From an uncultured bacterium (lineage in GTDB: Bacteria > Krumholzibacteriota > Krumholzibacteriia > JACNKJ01): a DNA stretch of 64,000 bases. The stretch is from NCBI GenBank assembly GCA_963695095.1, contig CAVOFT010000001.1, positions 3,296,001-3,360,000 on the forward strand. The letters are read 5' to 3'. Every line of letters begins with the position of its first letter. Position 1 is the stretch's first letter. A program made the position numbers and the translations under genes. This document shows, in pieces, positions 52,703 to 62,064 of this stretch. The notes beneath the pieces are model-generated. The model saw only the letters and a program-made list of their open reading frames with translations, did no database searches and had not been told where the DNA came from.

Positions 52703-53659
52703 ATGTGGCGCTCCTTCCTGGTCTCGCTCTTCGCCCTCGCCCTGGTCCTCGGCTGCTCCGGGCGCGAGGGGCCCGAACCAAGCCGCGAGCGCGCCATCCA
52801 GGGCGCGGCCAAGCAGGTCGACGCCGAGCGCCTCTACGCGCATGTCGCGGCACTCAGCAGCATCCACTCGCGCTGGATGCACTACGATCCCGGCACGGCC
52901 GCCACCATCAACTGGCTGCTGGCCACGCTGGCGGCCCAGGGCACGCCCGCTGTCACCGACAGCTTCACCTTCCATCGCCTGCGCGACATCCACACGGCCA
53001 ATGTCGTGGTCACCCTGCCCGGCCACGGCCGACCCGAGGAGTTCATCCTCATCGGGGCGCACTGGGACACCACCTCGTATCCAGAGAGCTGGCAGGACTC
53101 CAGCGCGCGCGCGCCGGGGGCCATCGACAATGCCAGCGGCGTGGCCGCCCTCATCGAACTCGCCCGCGTGCTGGCCGACCGGCCCCTCGAGCGCACGGTG
53201 CAGATCATCTTCTTCGCCGGCGAGGAAATCGGCTTCAAGGGCAGCACGCGCGTGCGCGACTACTGGTTCGCGGAGACCGGGCCCGACAGCCTCGTCTGCA
53301 TGATCAACGTGGACATGCTCGGCTCCGACCCCGATCTCCCCGATGCCAACCTGATCTGCAACGCCCTCAGCGCCCCGCTGGCGGCGGCGGCCTTGCCCTG
53401 GGCGCAACTCGCCGGTCACGGCGTGGCACTCGACACGATGATGCGGAACTCGGGGAACCCGGGGGGAAGCAGCGATTTTCTTCCGTTCTGGTACTACGAC
53501 ATGCCCGCGTTCTGGATACACGAGGGGCCCGAAGACGCCTCTCCGCTCGCCAATGATATGGGCGACAGCTTGCCCGCCCTGCAGCTGGATTTCTTGACCC
53601 ACGGCACGCGCGCGATCGTCGGCGCGGTGATGCACCTGGCCGAGCCCGTGCTACGCTGA
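52703..53659 (+). CDS. M28-family aminopeptidase lipoprotein
   Basis: Lipobox VLGC; NVV, IGAHWD, PGAIDNASGVA, FAGEEIG, INVDM, SSDF. Confidence 0.85.
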   Translation: MWRSFLVSLFALALVLGCSGREGPEPSRERAIQGAAKQVDAERLYAHVAALSSIHSRWMHYDPGTAATINWLLATLAAQGTPAVTDSFTFHRLRDIHTANVVVTLPGHGRPEEFILIGAHWDTTSYPESWQDSSARAPGAIDNASGVAALIELARVLADRPLERTVQIIFFAGEEIGFKGSTRVRDYWFAETGPDSLVCMINVDMLGSDPDLPDANLICNALSAPLAAAALPWAQLAGHGVALDTMMRNSGNPGGSSDFLPFWYYDMPAFWIHEGPEDASPLANDMGDSLPALQLDFLTHGTRAIVGAVMHLAEPVLR

Positions 53660-54760
53660 GGTCGTGGGCGCTGCCGGTCGCCGGCCGCGGCGCAGGGCCT
53701 CGAGCCGATCCTCGAGCAGATCCCGCCGCAGCACCCCGCGGATGCGCCCTTCAGCGTGCACGGGCCAGGCCTCGCGCCCGCTCGCGCGCAGCCGTTGCAG
53801 CGCCTCGCCGAGCGGCAGGCTGGCGGCAAGGGGCTGCAGCCCCTCCTCCACGAGCTGCGCAAGCGGCAGCCGTACGGGCATGACCAGGCTGGCCGAGAGC
53901 AGGGCGCGCCGTGACAGCAGGCCGAAGCGCCCACCCTCGAGATCCACCACGACCCAGGCCAGACCCTCGCGCACAGCGAGGGCGCTTTGCAGTTCGCCCA
54001 CCGCTGAGTCACGCGACGCCAGCAGCCAGGGCGCGGGATCCAGGTACTCGCCCGCTTGCTGATGGCGGAGCAGATCGTCCGCCCGCACGCCGCGCAGCTC
54101 ACGGCCGCCGGCCACGAACAAGAAGACGCCGATCAGTCCGAGCAACAGGTACTGCGGTCCCAGGAGCGGTAGCAGAATCAGCAGGCCGGCAAAGACGCGG
54201 CCGAGCAGCACGGCCCGCTCGGTGGCGCGCAGGTAGGACAGGCGCAGGGCAAGCCCCGCGCGCAGCACGCGCCCGCCGTCGAGCGGAAAGGCTGGCACGA
54301 GATTGAAGAGGGCAAGGGCCAGATTCGCGTGCAGGAAGCGGGCGAGCAGGCCATCCCCCAGGAGCAGCGAGGTATCAAGCGGCCCCGCGGCCAGCGCGAA
54401 GGCCAGCAAGACGGGCGCGGCGAGGGCGAGATTGACCGCCGGCCCCGCCAGCGCGATCAGGATCTCATCGCGCGGGCGCCGCGGCAGCGCATCCATGAGG
54501 GCGATTCCCCCCAGGGGCATCAGCGTGATCGATCGGATGCGCACGCCCAGTCGCTGCGCCACCAGGCTGTGCCCCAGCTCGTGGAGTAGAACGAGGGCGA
54601 ACAGTACGATCAGGCTGAGCAAGGTGATCGCCGCTTCGCGCCAGCCGCCGCCGAGGCCGTAGAGCAGGGCGAGAAGTAGCAGGAAAGGGGGGAAGCTGCC
54701 GTGTAGGACCACCTCGATCCCGGCGATCCGGCCCATGCGCAGCCGTCCAATGCCGAACAT
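53651..54760 (-). CDS. Site-2 protease (M50) with degenerate CBS domains
   Basis: LHELGH, LAGPAVN, FNLVPAFPLDGGRV, C-terminal CBS-like pair. Confidence 0.9.
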   Translation of the reverse strand: MFGIGRLRMGRIAGIEVVLHGSFPPFLLLLALLYGLGGGWREAAITLLSLIVLFALVLLHELGHSLVAQRLGVRIRSITLMPLGGIALMDALPRRPRDEILIALAGPAVNLALAAPVLLAFALAAGPLDTSLLLGDGLLARFLHANLALALFNLVPAFPLDGGRVLRAGLALRLSYLRATERAVLLGRVFAGLLILLPLLGPQYLLLGLIGVFLFVAGGRELRGVRADDLLRHQQAGEYLDPAPWLLASRDSAVGELQSALAVREGLAWVVVDLEGGRFGLLSRRALLSASLVMPVRLPLAQLVEEGLQPLAASLPLGEALQRLRASGREAWPVHAEGRIRGVLRRDLLEDRLEALRRGRRPAAPTTSA

Positions 54761-54821
54761 CTCCCGCCGCCTTCCTTCCCGGTGGCGCTCCGAGACATCT
54801 CGCCTGGAGCGCCCCTGGTGA

Positions 54822-54851
54822 TTGACCTTAAGCGAATTCGTCTGATATAAT
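54822..54851 (+). promoter_or_regulatory. Near-consensus sigma70 promoter for second GH32-like gene
   Basis: TTGACC-18 bp-TATAAT with extended -10 TG. Confidence 0.65.
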
Positions 54852-54896
54852 CTGGTCCATCGTGTGCTCCACCACAACCCCGCGCAGGTGTGCTGC

Positions 54897-56765
54897 ATGA
54901 CCCTTGGTCGGATCCGGTGCCTGCGGCTCTGCGCTGCTTTGCTCGCCACGCTCTTCGCGCTGGCGGCTCCGCTGGCCGGATCCGCCGCCGCTGCGCTGGA
55001 TATCGATTTCGAGCAGCCCTACTTCGTCGAAGCGCTCGGGGTGCAGTGCAAGGACCACGCCCTGGTCAAGGTCGATGGCGTCTACCACGTCTTCTACATT
55101 CACAGTTTTCCCCCGAATCCGCCCGACTATCTGCGCAGCGAGCGCTGGCTGGGCCACCTCACGAGCGAGGATCTGCGCCACTGGTCGCGGCAGGACAGCA
55201 TCCTGCCCGTCAGCGAGACACCTCCGGGAGGCTGGGAAGGCAAGTTCATCTGGGCGCCCAAGCTGATCCAGGATCTCGACACCAGTGCCTGGTTCCTCTT
55301 CTACACCGGGGTCAGCCAGTCCGTTGCCCAGCAGACGGGCCTTGCCTACGGCTGGAACCTCTTCGACTGGACGCGCTGGCCCCTGAATCCCATCTACCGC
55401 CCCGGCGCCTGGTCGAACTGGACCGCCGGCACCTGGGCCAACTGCCGCGATCCCGAGGTCTTCCACGAGACCGGCGACCTCTACTACTACTTGCTCAACA
55501 CCGCCAGCACGGCCGCAGGGCTGGGCGCGATCTCCTTCGCTCGCAGCCAGAACCTGGCCAGCTGGTCCGATCAGCCGCCGCTCTTCGTGAACAACAGCGC
55601 CGCCGTGCTCGAGAGCCCCCAGCTGGTCAAGAACGACGGGCTCTATCACCTCTTCTTCACGGAGGAGACGGTGCAGGGCACCAGCCACATCACGGCGCCC
55701 ACCCTGACCGGCGCCTGGAGCAAGGACAACCTCGCGATCATCGACGCCGGCAATGCGCCCGAGATCTCGGATCTCGGCGATGAGGTCGTCTTCAGCCGCC
55801 ACAACGCGCTGGCGTCCCCCGACGGTCCGATCTTCTACTATCGCTTCGACCACATCGCGCTGGATGGTCCCGGCGGCGCCGCTCAGATCAGCCCCCTCGG
55901 CCCCGCGCTGCCCGGCTGGAGCGTGGTCTTCGGCTCGGCCTTCGACAATCAGCCGACCTGGGGCGACAACCCCCATCAGCGCGGCGCCGGGCACAGCAAC
56001 CTGGAGGGCAACAGCTACCTGGCCACCTACGAGGACTTCCCGGCCCCCGTGGAGGGCGAGGAAGGCAACACCCAGGGGGTCCTGACCGTGGGCCTGCTGC
56101 GCGGCGCTCCCTTCACGATTGCGGAGAATCGCCTGCAGCTCCTGGTCGGCGGCGGCGGCAATGTCGAGCGCGTGTTCGTAGGCCTCGTGCGCTCGAGCGA
56201 CGAGACGCTGCTCTTCCGCGAGACCGGCGAGAACAGCCACGCGATGAGCCTGCGCCTCTGGGACTGCAGCACGCTCATCGGCGAGGAGGTCTACCTGGTC
56301 ATCGCCGACCTCTCGTTCACGAGCTGGGGCTGCATCAGCACCGACGCCATTCGCGAGTACCATGAAGACGGCGAGGATCCCTTCCCCCCCAGCCAGCCCA
56401 ACCTGGCCGGTCCCCTGCTCGAGGATGTGCTCGCCGCGGCCGGCTACGGGCAGACCGGCGTGGCCGGGTCGGCCCCGCTTGCGGTCGCCGCGCGGCTGCT
56501 CGCGCCCTTCCCCAACCCCTTCAATCCGAGCACGCGCCTGCGCTACGAGCTGGCCCGCCCGGGGCGCGTGGAGATCGACATCCTCGATGCCACCGGCCGC
56601 CGGCTGCGCCGCCTGCTGATCGCCAGCCTGCCAGCGGGTCCGGGTTTCGTGACCTGGGATGGGCGCGACGAGGCCGGCCACAGCCTCCCCAGCGGGGTCT
56701 ATCTGGCGCGCCTCACGCGAGACGGTGCCCTCGCCGGTACGCGCAAGCTCCAGCTCATCCGCTAG
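54897..56765 (+). CDS. Secreted GH32-like glycosidase with FlgD-Ig CTD (paralog of 48092..49945)
   Basis: QCKDHA.VK..G.YHVFYI, WAPK, NCRDPE, LESPQL, QPTWGDNP, LLVGGG, PNPFNP; colinear with paralog. Confidence 0.72.
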   Translation: MTLGRIRCLRLCAALLATLFALAAPLAGSAAAALDIDFEQPYFVEALGVQCKDHALVKVDGVYHVFYIHSFPPNPPDYLRSERWLGHLTSEDLRHWSRQDSILPVSETPPGGWEGKFIWAPKLIQDLDTSAWFLFYTGVSQSVAQQTGLAYGWNLFDWTRWPLNPIYRPGAWSNWTAGTWANCRDPEVFHETGDLYYYLLNTASTAAGLGAISFARSQNLASWSDQPPLFVNNSAAVLESPQLVKNDGLYHLFFTEETVQGTSHITAPTLTGAWSKDNLAIIDAGNAPEISDLGDEVVFSRHNALASPDGPIFYYRFDHIALDGPGGAAQISPLGPALPGWSVVFGSAFDNQPTWGDNPHQRGAGHSNLEGNSYLATYEDFPAPVEGEEGNTQGVLTVGLLRGAPFTIAENRLQLLVGGGGNVERVFVGLVRSSDETLLFRETGENSHAMSLRLWDCSTLIGEEVYLVIADLSFTSWGCISTDAIREYHEDGEDPFPPSQPNLAGPLLEDVLAAAGYGQTGVAGSAPLAVAARLLAPFPNPFNPSTRLRYELARPGRVEIDILDATGRRLRRLLIASLPAGPGFVTWDGRDEAGHSLPSGVYLARLTRDGALAGTRKLQLIR

Positions 56766-56773
56766 ATCCGGCG

Positions 56774-58618
56774 CTAGTCCGCGACGAGCAGGCTCAGGTC
56801 CTGCCGCGCGGGCATGTGGTAGAGGATGTGCAGCAGCTTCAGCTCGTCGCCCGAGGGCCGATCCACGGTGTTCGTCGTCGCCAGCACGTGCTGGATCTCG
56901 TTGCTGTGTCGCTGCGGCCCGAGCGCGTGCCCGAGCTCGTGCAGGATGACCCGCTGCAGGGTCTGCTCGGAGCCCGGCTGGCCGTTCGCCACCCAGCGGA
57001 TCTCGCTGCGCAGCGGCACGCCCGTCCCGGGTTCCCAGGCCGTGTAGCGGTGGCTGCTGTAGCCTTCATCGGTGTAGACGATGTCCACGGCGCTCGCTGC
57101 CGGCGAGGCCACCTCGACGAAGAGATCCAGGCCGCAGTCCGCTTCCCAGATGTCCAGGGCGTTGCGCGCCAGCTCGTGGTAGGCGATGCCGGCCGCTGTC
57201 AGCGGCGGCAGGTAGATCGGGATCGGGTAGCGCGGATGAACAAGCACGCCCTCGCCCAGGTCGTTCAGGCCCCCGGTCACTCCCATGCTGAGCAGGTAGG
57301 CGAGGAATTCGGGATAGACGCCGGTCTGGGTGGGCCCGCCGCCAAAGGTGCCGTGCTCGTAATGCAGAGAGTCCCCGATGGCCCGCGTGTCCACGATGTC
57401 GTAGTAAGCGCCGACGCCGACGCCCGGCTCGTCGCGGATCAGGCCCGGCGGATTGCTCTGGCTCGCCGCCTTGGCCGGCACATCGGCACAGTGAAAGCGG
57501 CCTTCGGCGTCCGTGAAGACGCGCACCTCATCCTGCGTGCGTCCGATCCCGTAGCGCACTTCAAGGTTGGGCACCCCCGAGCCCGACTCCCAGTCCAGCA
57601 CCCGTCCGCCCACGGCATAGCCGGCGACCTTGCCCCCGGCGGCCTCGCTCCACGGGGACCGATTGCCGCAGCGATCCTGGGCGCGCACCCGCACGAAGAA
57701 GAGCCGCCCCGGCGCCAGGTTCGGGATCGTGAAGAGCTCCTCATCGGCGCCTGCCGTGGCCGGCAGCAACCCGATCAGGTTGGTCGTGCTCCACTGCTCG
57801 GGCGGCAGCAGGCTGTCCCAGAAGCGGACCTCGTAGCGGGCCGGGGCGCCCATAGGAGCGTCCTCGGACGCGCTGAAGCGGATGACGAGATCGCCCGGCG
57901 CCGGTCCCGGGCCGATGCGCAGGTCGCCGGGGGCTGTCGGCGCTTCCTGATCGCTGCAGGGGGACACCTCCACCCGCCAGTAGTGGTACAGATCGATGGT
58001 CGTCCCGGGCACCCAGGCGTGGCCCTCGACCAGGTTCTCCCCCTCATCCTGGGGAATGAAGGTCAGATTGGCAGCGTCTCCCACGCGGGTGCCGTTCACA
58101 TGCCAGCGGTACTCGACGGGACCCGGAGCGTTCACGATGTCCATGCTGAAGCTGAGCGTATCGCTGACCACGGCCGCAAGCTGGACCTGCGGCGGCACGA
58201 CGATGAACTCGATGCCCGGGGTGACGCTCACGCGCAGCGGCCAGCTGCGGCCCAGGGTGACGCCGGCGTCCTCGATTTCCATCCGAACGGTGATCAGGCT
58301 GTCCTCGCGGATGAGGGGCCAGATGAGGCCGAAATCGGCGGGGCTGAACAGAAACTCCCCGCCGGCCAGGGAGACGGTGTCGGGCAGGAGCGCCCGGTAG
58401 ATCGCGGCAGCGCTGGCCTGGGCGCTGAGAATGAAGCGCTCGGTGCCCTGCTCGTCCAGGACGAGGGTGTCCTCGCCGCTGGGCGCGAAGTACAGCAGGC
58501 GCGGCGGCAGGGTTTCCGGCGGCAGGCTCCGCCCGCAGGAGCCCAGGCCGAGGGCCCCGCCCAGCCCCAGCAGGAGCCCAAGCCGGAGGCCCAAGCGTTG
58601 GAATCGTTTGCTTTTCAT
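56774..58618 (-). CDS. Lipoprotein with Ig/FN3 domains and C-terminal metzincin-like peptidase domain
   Basis: Lipobox LGSC; FN3 NLAPG..FFVRVRAQD.GN.S.WS; HELGHALGPQRH. Confidence 0.7.
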   Translation of the reverse strand: MKSKRFQRLGLRLGLLLGLGGALGLGSCGRSLPPETLPPRLLYFAPSGEDTLVLDEQGTERFILSAQASAAAIYRALLPDTVSLAGGEFLFSPADFGLIWPLIREDSLITVRMEIEDAGVTLGRSWPLRVSVTPGIEFIVVPPQVQLAAVVSDTLSFSMDIVNAPGPVEYRWHVNGTRVGDAANLTFIPQDEGENLVEGHAWVPGTTIDLYHYWRVEVSPCSDQEAPTAPGDLRIGPGPAPGDLVIRFSASEDAPMGAPARYEVRFWDSLLPPEQWSTTNLIGLLPATAGADEELFTIPNLAPGRLFFVRVRAQDRCGNRSPWSEAAGGKVAGYAVGGRVLDWESGSGVPNLEVRYGIGRTQDEVRVFTDAEGRFHCADVPAKAASQSNPPGLIRDEPGVGVGAYYDIVDTRAIGDSLHYEHGTFGGGPTQTGVYPEFLAYLLSMGVTGGLNDLGEGVLVHPRYPIPIYLPPLTAAGIAYHELARNALDIWEADCGLDLFVEVASPAASAVDIVYTDEGYSSHRYTAWEPGTGVPLRSEIRWVANGQPGSEQTLQRVILHELGHALGPQRHSNEIQHVLATTNTVDRPSGDELKLLHILYHMPARQDLSLLVAD

Positions 58619-58791
58619 GGCCTTCACTGCTGTGGACGGGCAGCCGGGTCCAGCCCCGGCTGCCCGCAATATGCGGGCCCGGCAGCCCGGAAGCAAAGCG
58701 AAGCGGGCAGGGCCGGGCTTGATGCGGTTTCGAGGCTCCTGTATATTGCCCCTGCCTCGAACCGGATTCCCCAATTCTGATGAGGATCGAC

Positions 58792-59937
58792 ATGAAATCT
58801 GCGTTCCGCTTCGCCACCGCCTTGCTCTGCCTCTCCTTCGTCGCTGCCGATGGGATCGCCCAGCCCAGCGAGGTGGATCAGCTTGTCGCCAGCGGCGAGG
58901 AGTACTACCGCAACGGCTTGTACCGTCAGGCCGTTGCCAGCTTCCGGCAGGCCTTCACCCAGGACAGCAGCAACCTGCAGGCCGCCAGGGGCTTGGGCAG
59001 CTCGGCCATGCAACTCCAGGATTGGCGGAACGCCAAGACCGGCTTCGAGGCCGCCCACAGCCTGTCTCCCGAGGACTGCAGCGTCACCAACAGCCTGGCC
59101 TACGTCTATCTCGCCCTGAAGATCGAGGAGCGGGCCAAGGCCACCTATGAGGAGATCGTCGGCAAGCCGGGCAGTCCCGGCTGCGATCCGGGCAACAACT
59201 TCGCCAAGGTCAACCTGGCGAGCCTCTACCTCCGCTCCCGGAACGAGGAAGATAAGGGCCGAGCGCTGCAGGTCCTCAACCAGGTCGTGAATGCGGAGAG
59301 CCAGGACACGTCCCTGCTGGCGCGCGCCCACTTCTCCCTGGGCACGCTCTACAGACAGAACAAGAACTACGATCTGGCGATCACCCACCTGGAGAAGACT
59401 TTCGAGTACGATCCGGCGAAGCTGGATGGGCGCTACAACCTCGGCTTGCTGTACTTCAACAAGCAGCAATTCGACAAGGCGCTCATCCATCTGGAGAAGG
59501 CCTACGCCGAGCAGGAGGGCGACTACAACATCAACCTGATGCTCGGCCTCGTGCACAACGAGATGCCGGGCGGCCAGGAGAAGGCCCAGGGCTATCTGCA
59601 GCGGGCCGTCGATCTCATCGCCGACCTGGAGCCCAGCGCGCGGCCGGACAGGAACCTCCCGCACCGCTACCTTGGCAATATCTACAACGACATGGGCGAG
59701 CCGGCAAAGGCCATCGAGGTGATCCAGGCCGCGCTGCCGCTCGTCAAGGATGCCACCGAGCGGGCCGGCCTGCTCTGCACCAAGGGCAAGAGCCTGGAGA
59801 AGCTGGGCCGCTATGAGGAAGCGCTGGGCATCTTCGAGTCGATCGCCGGCGACCCCCAGTGGGGCAGCTACGCGCAGACCGAGATCAAGCGGCAGGAGAA
59901 CCTGATCGCGCGCGACCAAGCGCAGCGGGGAAACTAG
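58792..59937 (+). CDS. Secreted TPR-repeat protein
   Basis: Signal peptide; many TPRs (AHFSLGTLY, RYNLGLLYF, RYLGNIY). Confidence 0.8.
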   Translation: MKSAFRFATALLCLSFVAADGIAQPSEVDQLVASGEEYYRNGLYRQAVASFRQAFTQDSSNLQAARGLGSSAMQLQDWRNAKTGFEAAHSLSPEDCSVTNSLAYVYLALKIEERAKATYEEIVGKPGSPGCDPGNNFAKVNLASLYLRSRNEEDKGRALQVLNQVVNAESQDTSLLARAHFSLGTLYRQNKNYDLAITHLEKTFEYDPAKLDGRYNLGLLYFNKQQFDKALIHLEKAYAEQEGDYNINLMLGLVHNEMPGGQEKAQGYLQRAVDLIADLEPSARPDRNLPHRYLGNIYNDMGEPAKAIEVIQAALPLVKDATERAGLLCTKGKSLEKLGRYEEALGIFESIAGDPQWGSYAQTEIKRQENLIARDQAQRGN

Positions 59938-59953
59938 CCACCGCGCGGAGAAC

Positions 59954-61231
59954 ATGCGCCTCACCTGGTTTCTCGCCCTCAGACAGCTCGGTAGCCCCCG
60001 CCGCGGCCGCGCTGTGACGATGACGGCCCTGGTCGCCATGGGTGGCATCACTGTCGGCGTCCTCGCGCTGACGGTGATCCTCTCCGTGATGAACGGGCTC
60101 GAGGCGGAACTGCGCCGCCTGATCAACGACGGCGAAGCGCACATCGAGCTGCGGCCAGCCGGCAGCGGCGCGATCGCGGCGCCGGAGGGCATCCTGGACG
60201 CTCTGGCCGCACGCCCCGCCGTCGCGGCCGCTGCGCCCTTCGTCCGCTCCGAGGTGCTCGCGGTCGCGGCCGGCGCCAGCGGGCACGAACTCATGGAGAC
60301 GGCCACCCTGAGCGGCATCGCCCCCGCCCGCGAGGCGGCGGTGACGGGCGTGCTCGCCATGAGCTATCCCGACTTCACCGGCTTCGCGCCCCACCCCGGC
60401 TGGATCCTCCCCGAGGGCGACAGCGGCGAGCCTGGCATTCTCCTCGGCGAGGAACTCGCGCGCAATCTCCAGCTCGGCCTCGGCGAGCGACTGCGGCTCG
60501 TCGTACCCGACGCCAGCACCCTGGCCACCAGCGATCTGGACTCCCTGCGCGGCCGCGAGGCCTGGTTCCGCCTCGTCGGCTTCGTGGATGCGGGGCTCTA
60601 TGAGTTCAACGCGACCCGCGCCTTTGCCGACATCGCCGTCTGCGCCGATTTCCTGCAGGTGACCGGTGCCGCCCAGGGCATTGGCGTCCGCTGCCGGCGT
60701 CCGGAGCGGGCAGGCGCCGTAGCGGAGAGCTTGCTCAGCCTGCCGGCCCTGGCCGGCTTCCGCGCGGAGACCTGGCAGCAGCGCAACCAGGTGCTCTTCG
60801 ACGCGATGCGGCGTGAGAAGGTGATGATGTACCTCTTCCTCCTGCTCACGGTGTCCGTGGCCAGCTTGGGCATCGTCAGCGCCTTGACGCTGATGGTCAG
60901 CGCCAAGCGCGCCGAGCTGGGGATCCTGCGCACCCTGGGCATGAGCCGCGGCGGCATCCTGGGCCTCGTGGTGCTGGAAGGCTGGCTGGTTGGACTGCTC
61001 GGCGTGCTGGCCGGCCTCGCGGGCGGCTGGCTGCTCGGGCTCTTCCTGCAGAGCCATCCCCTGCACATCCCCTGGGACCTCTTCGTGCTCGAGACGGTCC
61101 CAGTCTTGCTGAATCCCATTGACTTCCTGCGGGTTGGAGCCATTACGCTGGCGGTCTGCCTGCTGGCCACCCTCTATCCCGGCTGGGAGGCGGCGCGCCT
61201 GGATCCCATCGCGGCGATCCGGGCCCTCTGA
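59954..61231 (+). CDS. LolC/E-family lipoprotein-releasing ABC permease
   Basis: GITVGVLALTVILSVMNG, ILLGEELA, TWQQRNQVLF..EK, ELGILRTLG, ATLYP..AARLDP. Confidence 0.88.
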   Translation: MRLTWFLALRQLGSPRRGRAVTMTALVAMGGITVGVLALTVILSVMNGLEAELRRLINDGEAHIELRPAGSGAIAAPEGILDALAARPAVAAAAPFVRSEVLAVAAGASGHELMETATLSGIAPAREAAVTGVLAMSYPDFTGFAPHPGWILPEGDSGEPGILLGEELARNLQLGLGERLRLVVPDASTLATSDLDSLRGREAWFRLVGFVDAGLYEFNATRAFADIAVCADFLQVTGAAQGIGVRCRRPERAGAVAESLLSLPALAGFRAETWQQRNQVLFDAMRREKVMMYLFLLLTVSVASLGIVSALTLMVSAKRAELGILRTLGMSRGGILGLVVLEGWLVGLLGVLAGLAGGWLLGLFLQSHPLHIPWDLFVLETVPVLLNPIDFLRVGAITLAVCLLATLYPGWEAARLDPIAAIRAL

Positions 61232-61255
61232 CGCCGCGGGCGAAAGGGTCGCGCA

Positions 61256-62056
61256 TTGGGCATCGATTACGTCATCCCCTTTCCCTGCCGCAATCGGGAG
61301 GAACTCGGCGAGCCCGGGCTGCGCCGCTGGACCTTCCTCTTCATGATTCACAAGTACCTGCAGGATCACCCGGAGCTGAGCCGCCGCGGCCTCGAAGCCA
61401 AGGAATGGCAGATGCCCTCCTACAAGGGCGAGTTCAGCGAGCCGCAGAGCTTCACCATCGAGGATGTGCGCCAGGTCGGCGCCGCCATCGGCCAGCGCTT
61501 GCGCATCTGCCAGGACTGCCAGGCCAACCTGGATCCCAAGGCCGAGGAGTTCGGCTGCGTGGGGCGGATCAACTACCCCTTGCTGGCCAGTTTCGAGGAC
61601 TTCATCGCCGAGCGGCTGCAGCGCGTCATCGACCGCCGCGGTGTGGAAGAGTGGCCGACCCTCCTCAACCTGATCCTCCGCAGCGACTCGCCCTTCGACG
61701 GCGCCACCATTGCCCGACTGCGGGCCACCGAGCTGCGCGGCGGCAGCCGCCTGCTCGAACGCCGGGAGCCCGTGGCCTTTCAGCGGGCCGGCGACGGCAT
61801 CTCCACCGACCACATTCTGCACGCCCTGCTCGGCCTCGCCTCCCCCAGCCACGCCGAGACCGGCTACAGCCGCGAGATTCCTCGGGAGCTGGTGAGCATC
61901 TACATGGACTTCCTGGCCGGACTGCTCTACGCGCACCTCAGCGAGGAGCGCGTCGTCGACTTCTCCCGCAGCTGCTCGACCTATCTGCAGTTTCGCTGGA
62001 TGCACCGGGCCCTGCGCCTGGCCTTCAAGCTGGACGCGCCGCTGCTCATCCACTGA
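61256..62056 (+). CDS. Hypothetical cytoplasmic protein with Cys motifs
   Basis: 266-aa ORF with TTG start and coding-like codon use; IDY..PC, CQDCQAN, FGCVGRINYP. Confidence 0.7.
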   Translation: MGIDYVIPFPCRNREELGEPGLRRWTFLFMIHKYLQDHPELSRRGLEAKEWQMPSYKGEFSEPQSFTIEDVRQVGAAIGQRLRICQDCQANLDPKAEEFGCVGRINYPLLASFEDFIAERLQRVIDRRGVEEWPTLLNLILRSDSPFDGATIARLRATELRGGSRLLERREPVAFQRAGDGISTDHILHALLGLASPSHAETGYSREIPRELVSIYMDFLAGLLYAHLSEERVVDFSRSCSTYLQFRWMHRALRLAFKLDAPLLIH

Positions 62057-62064
62057 GGACGGGC

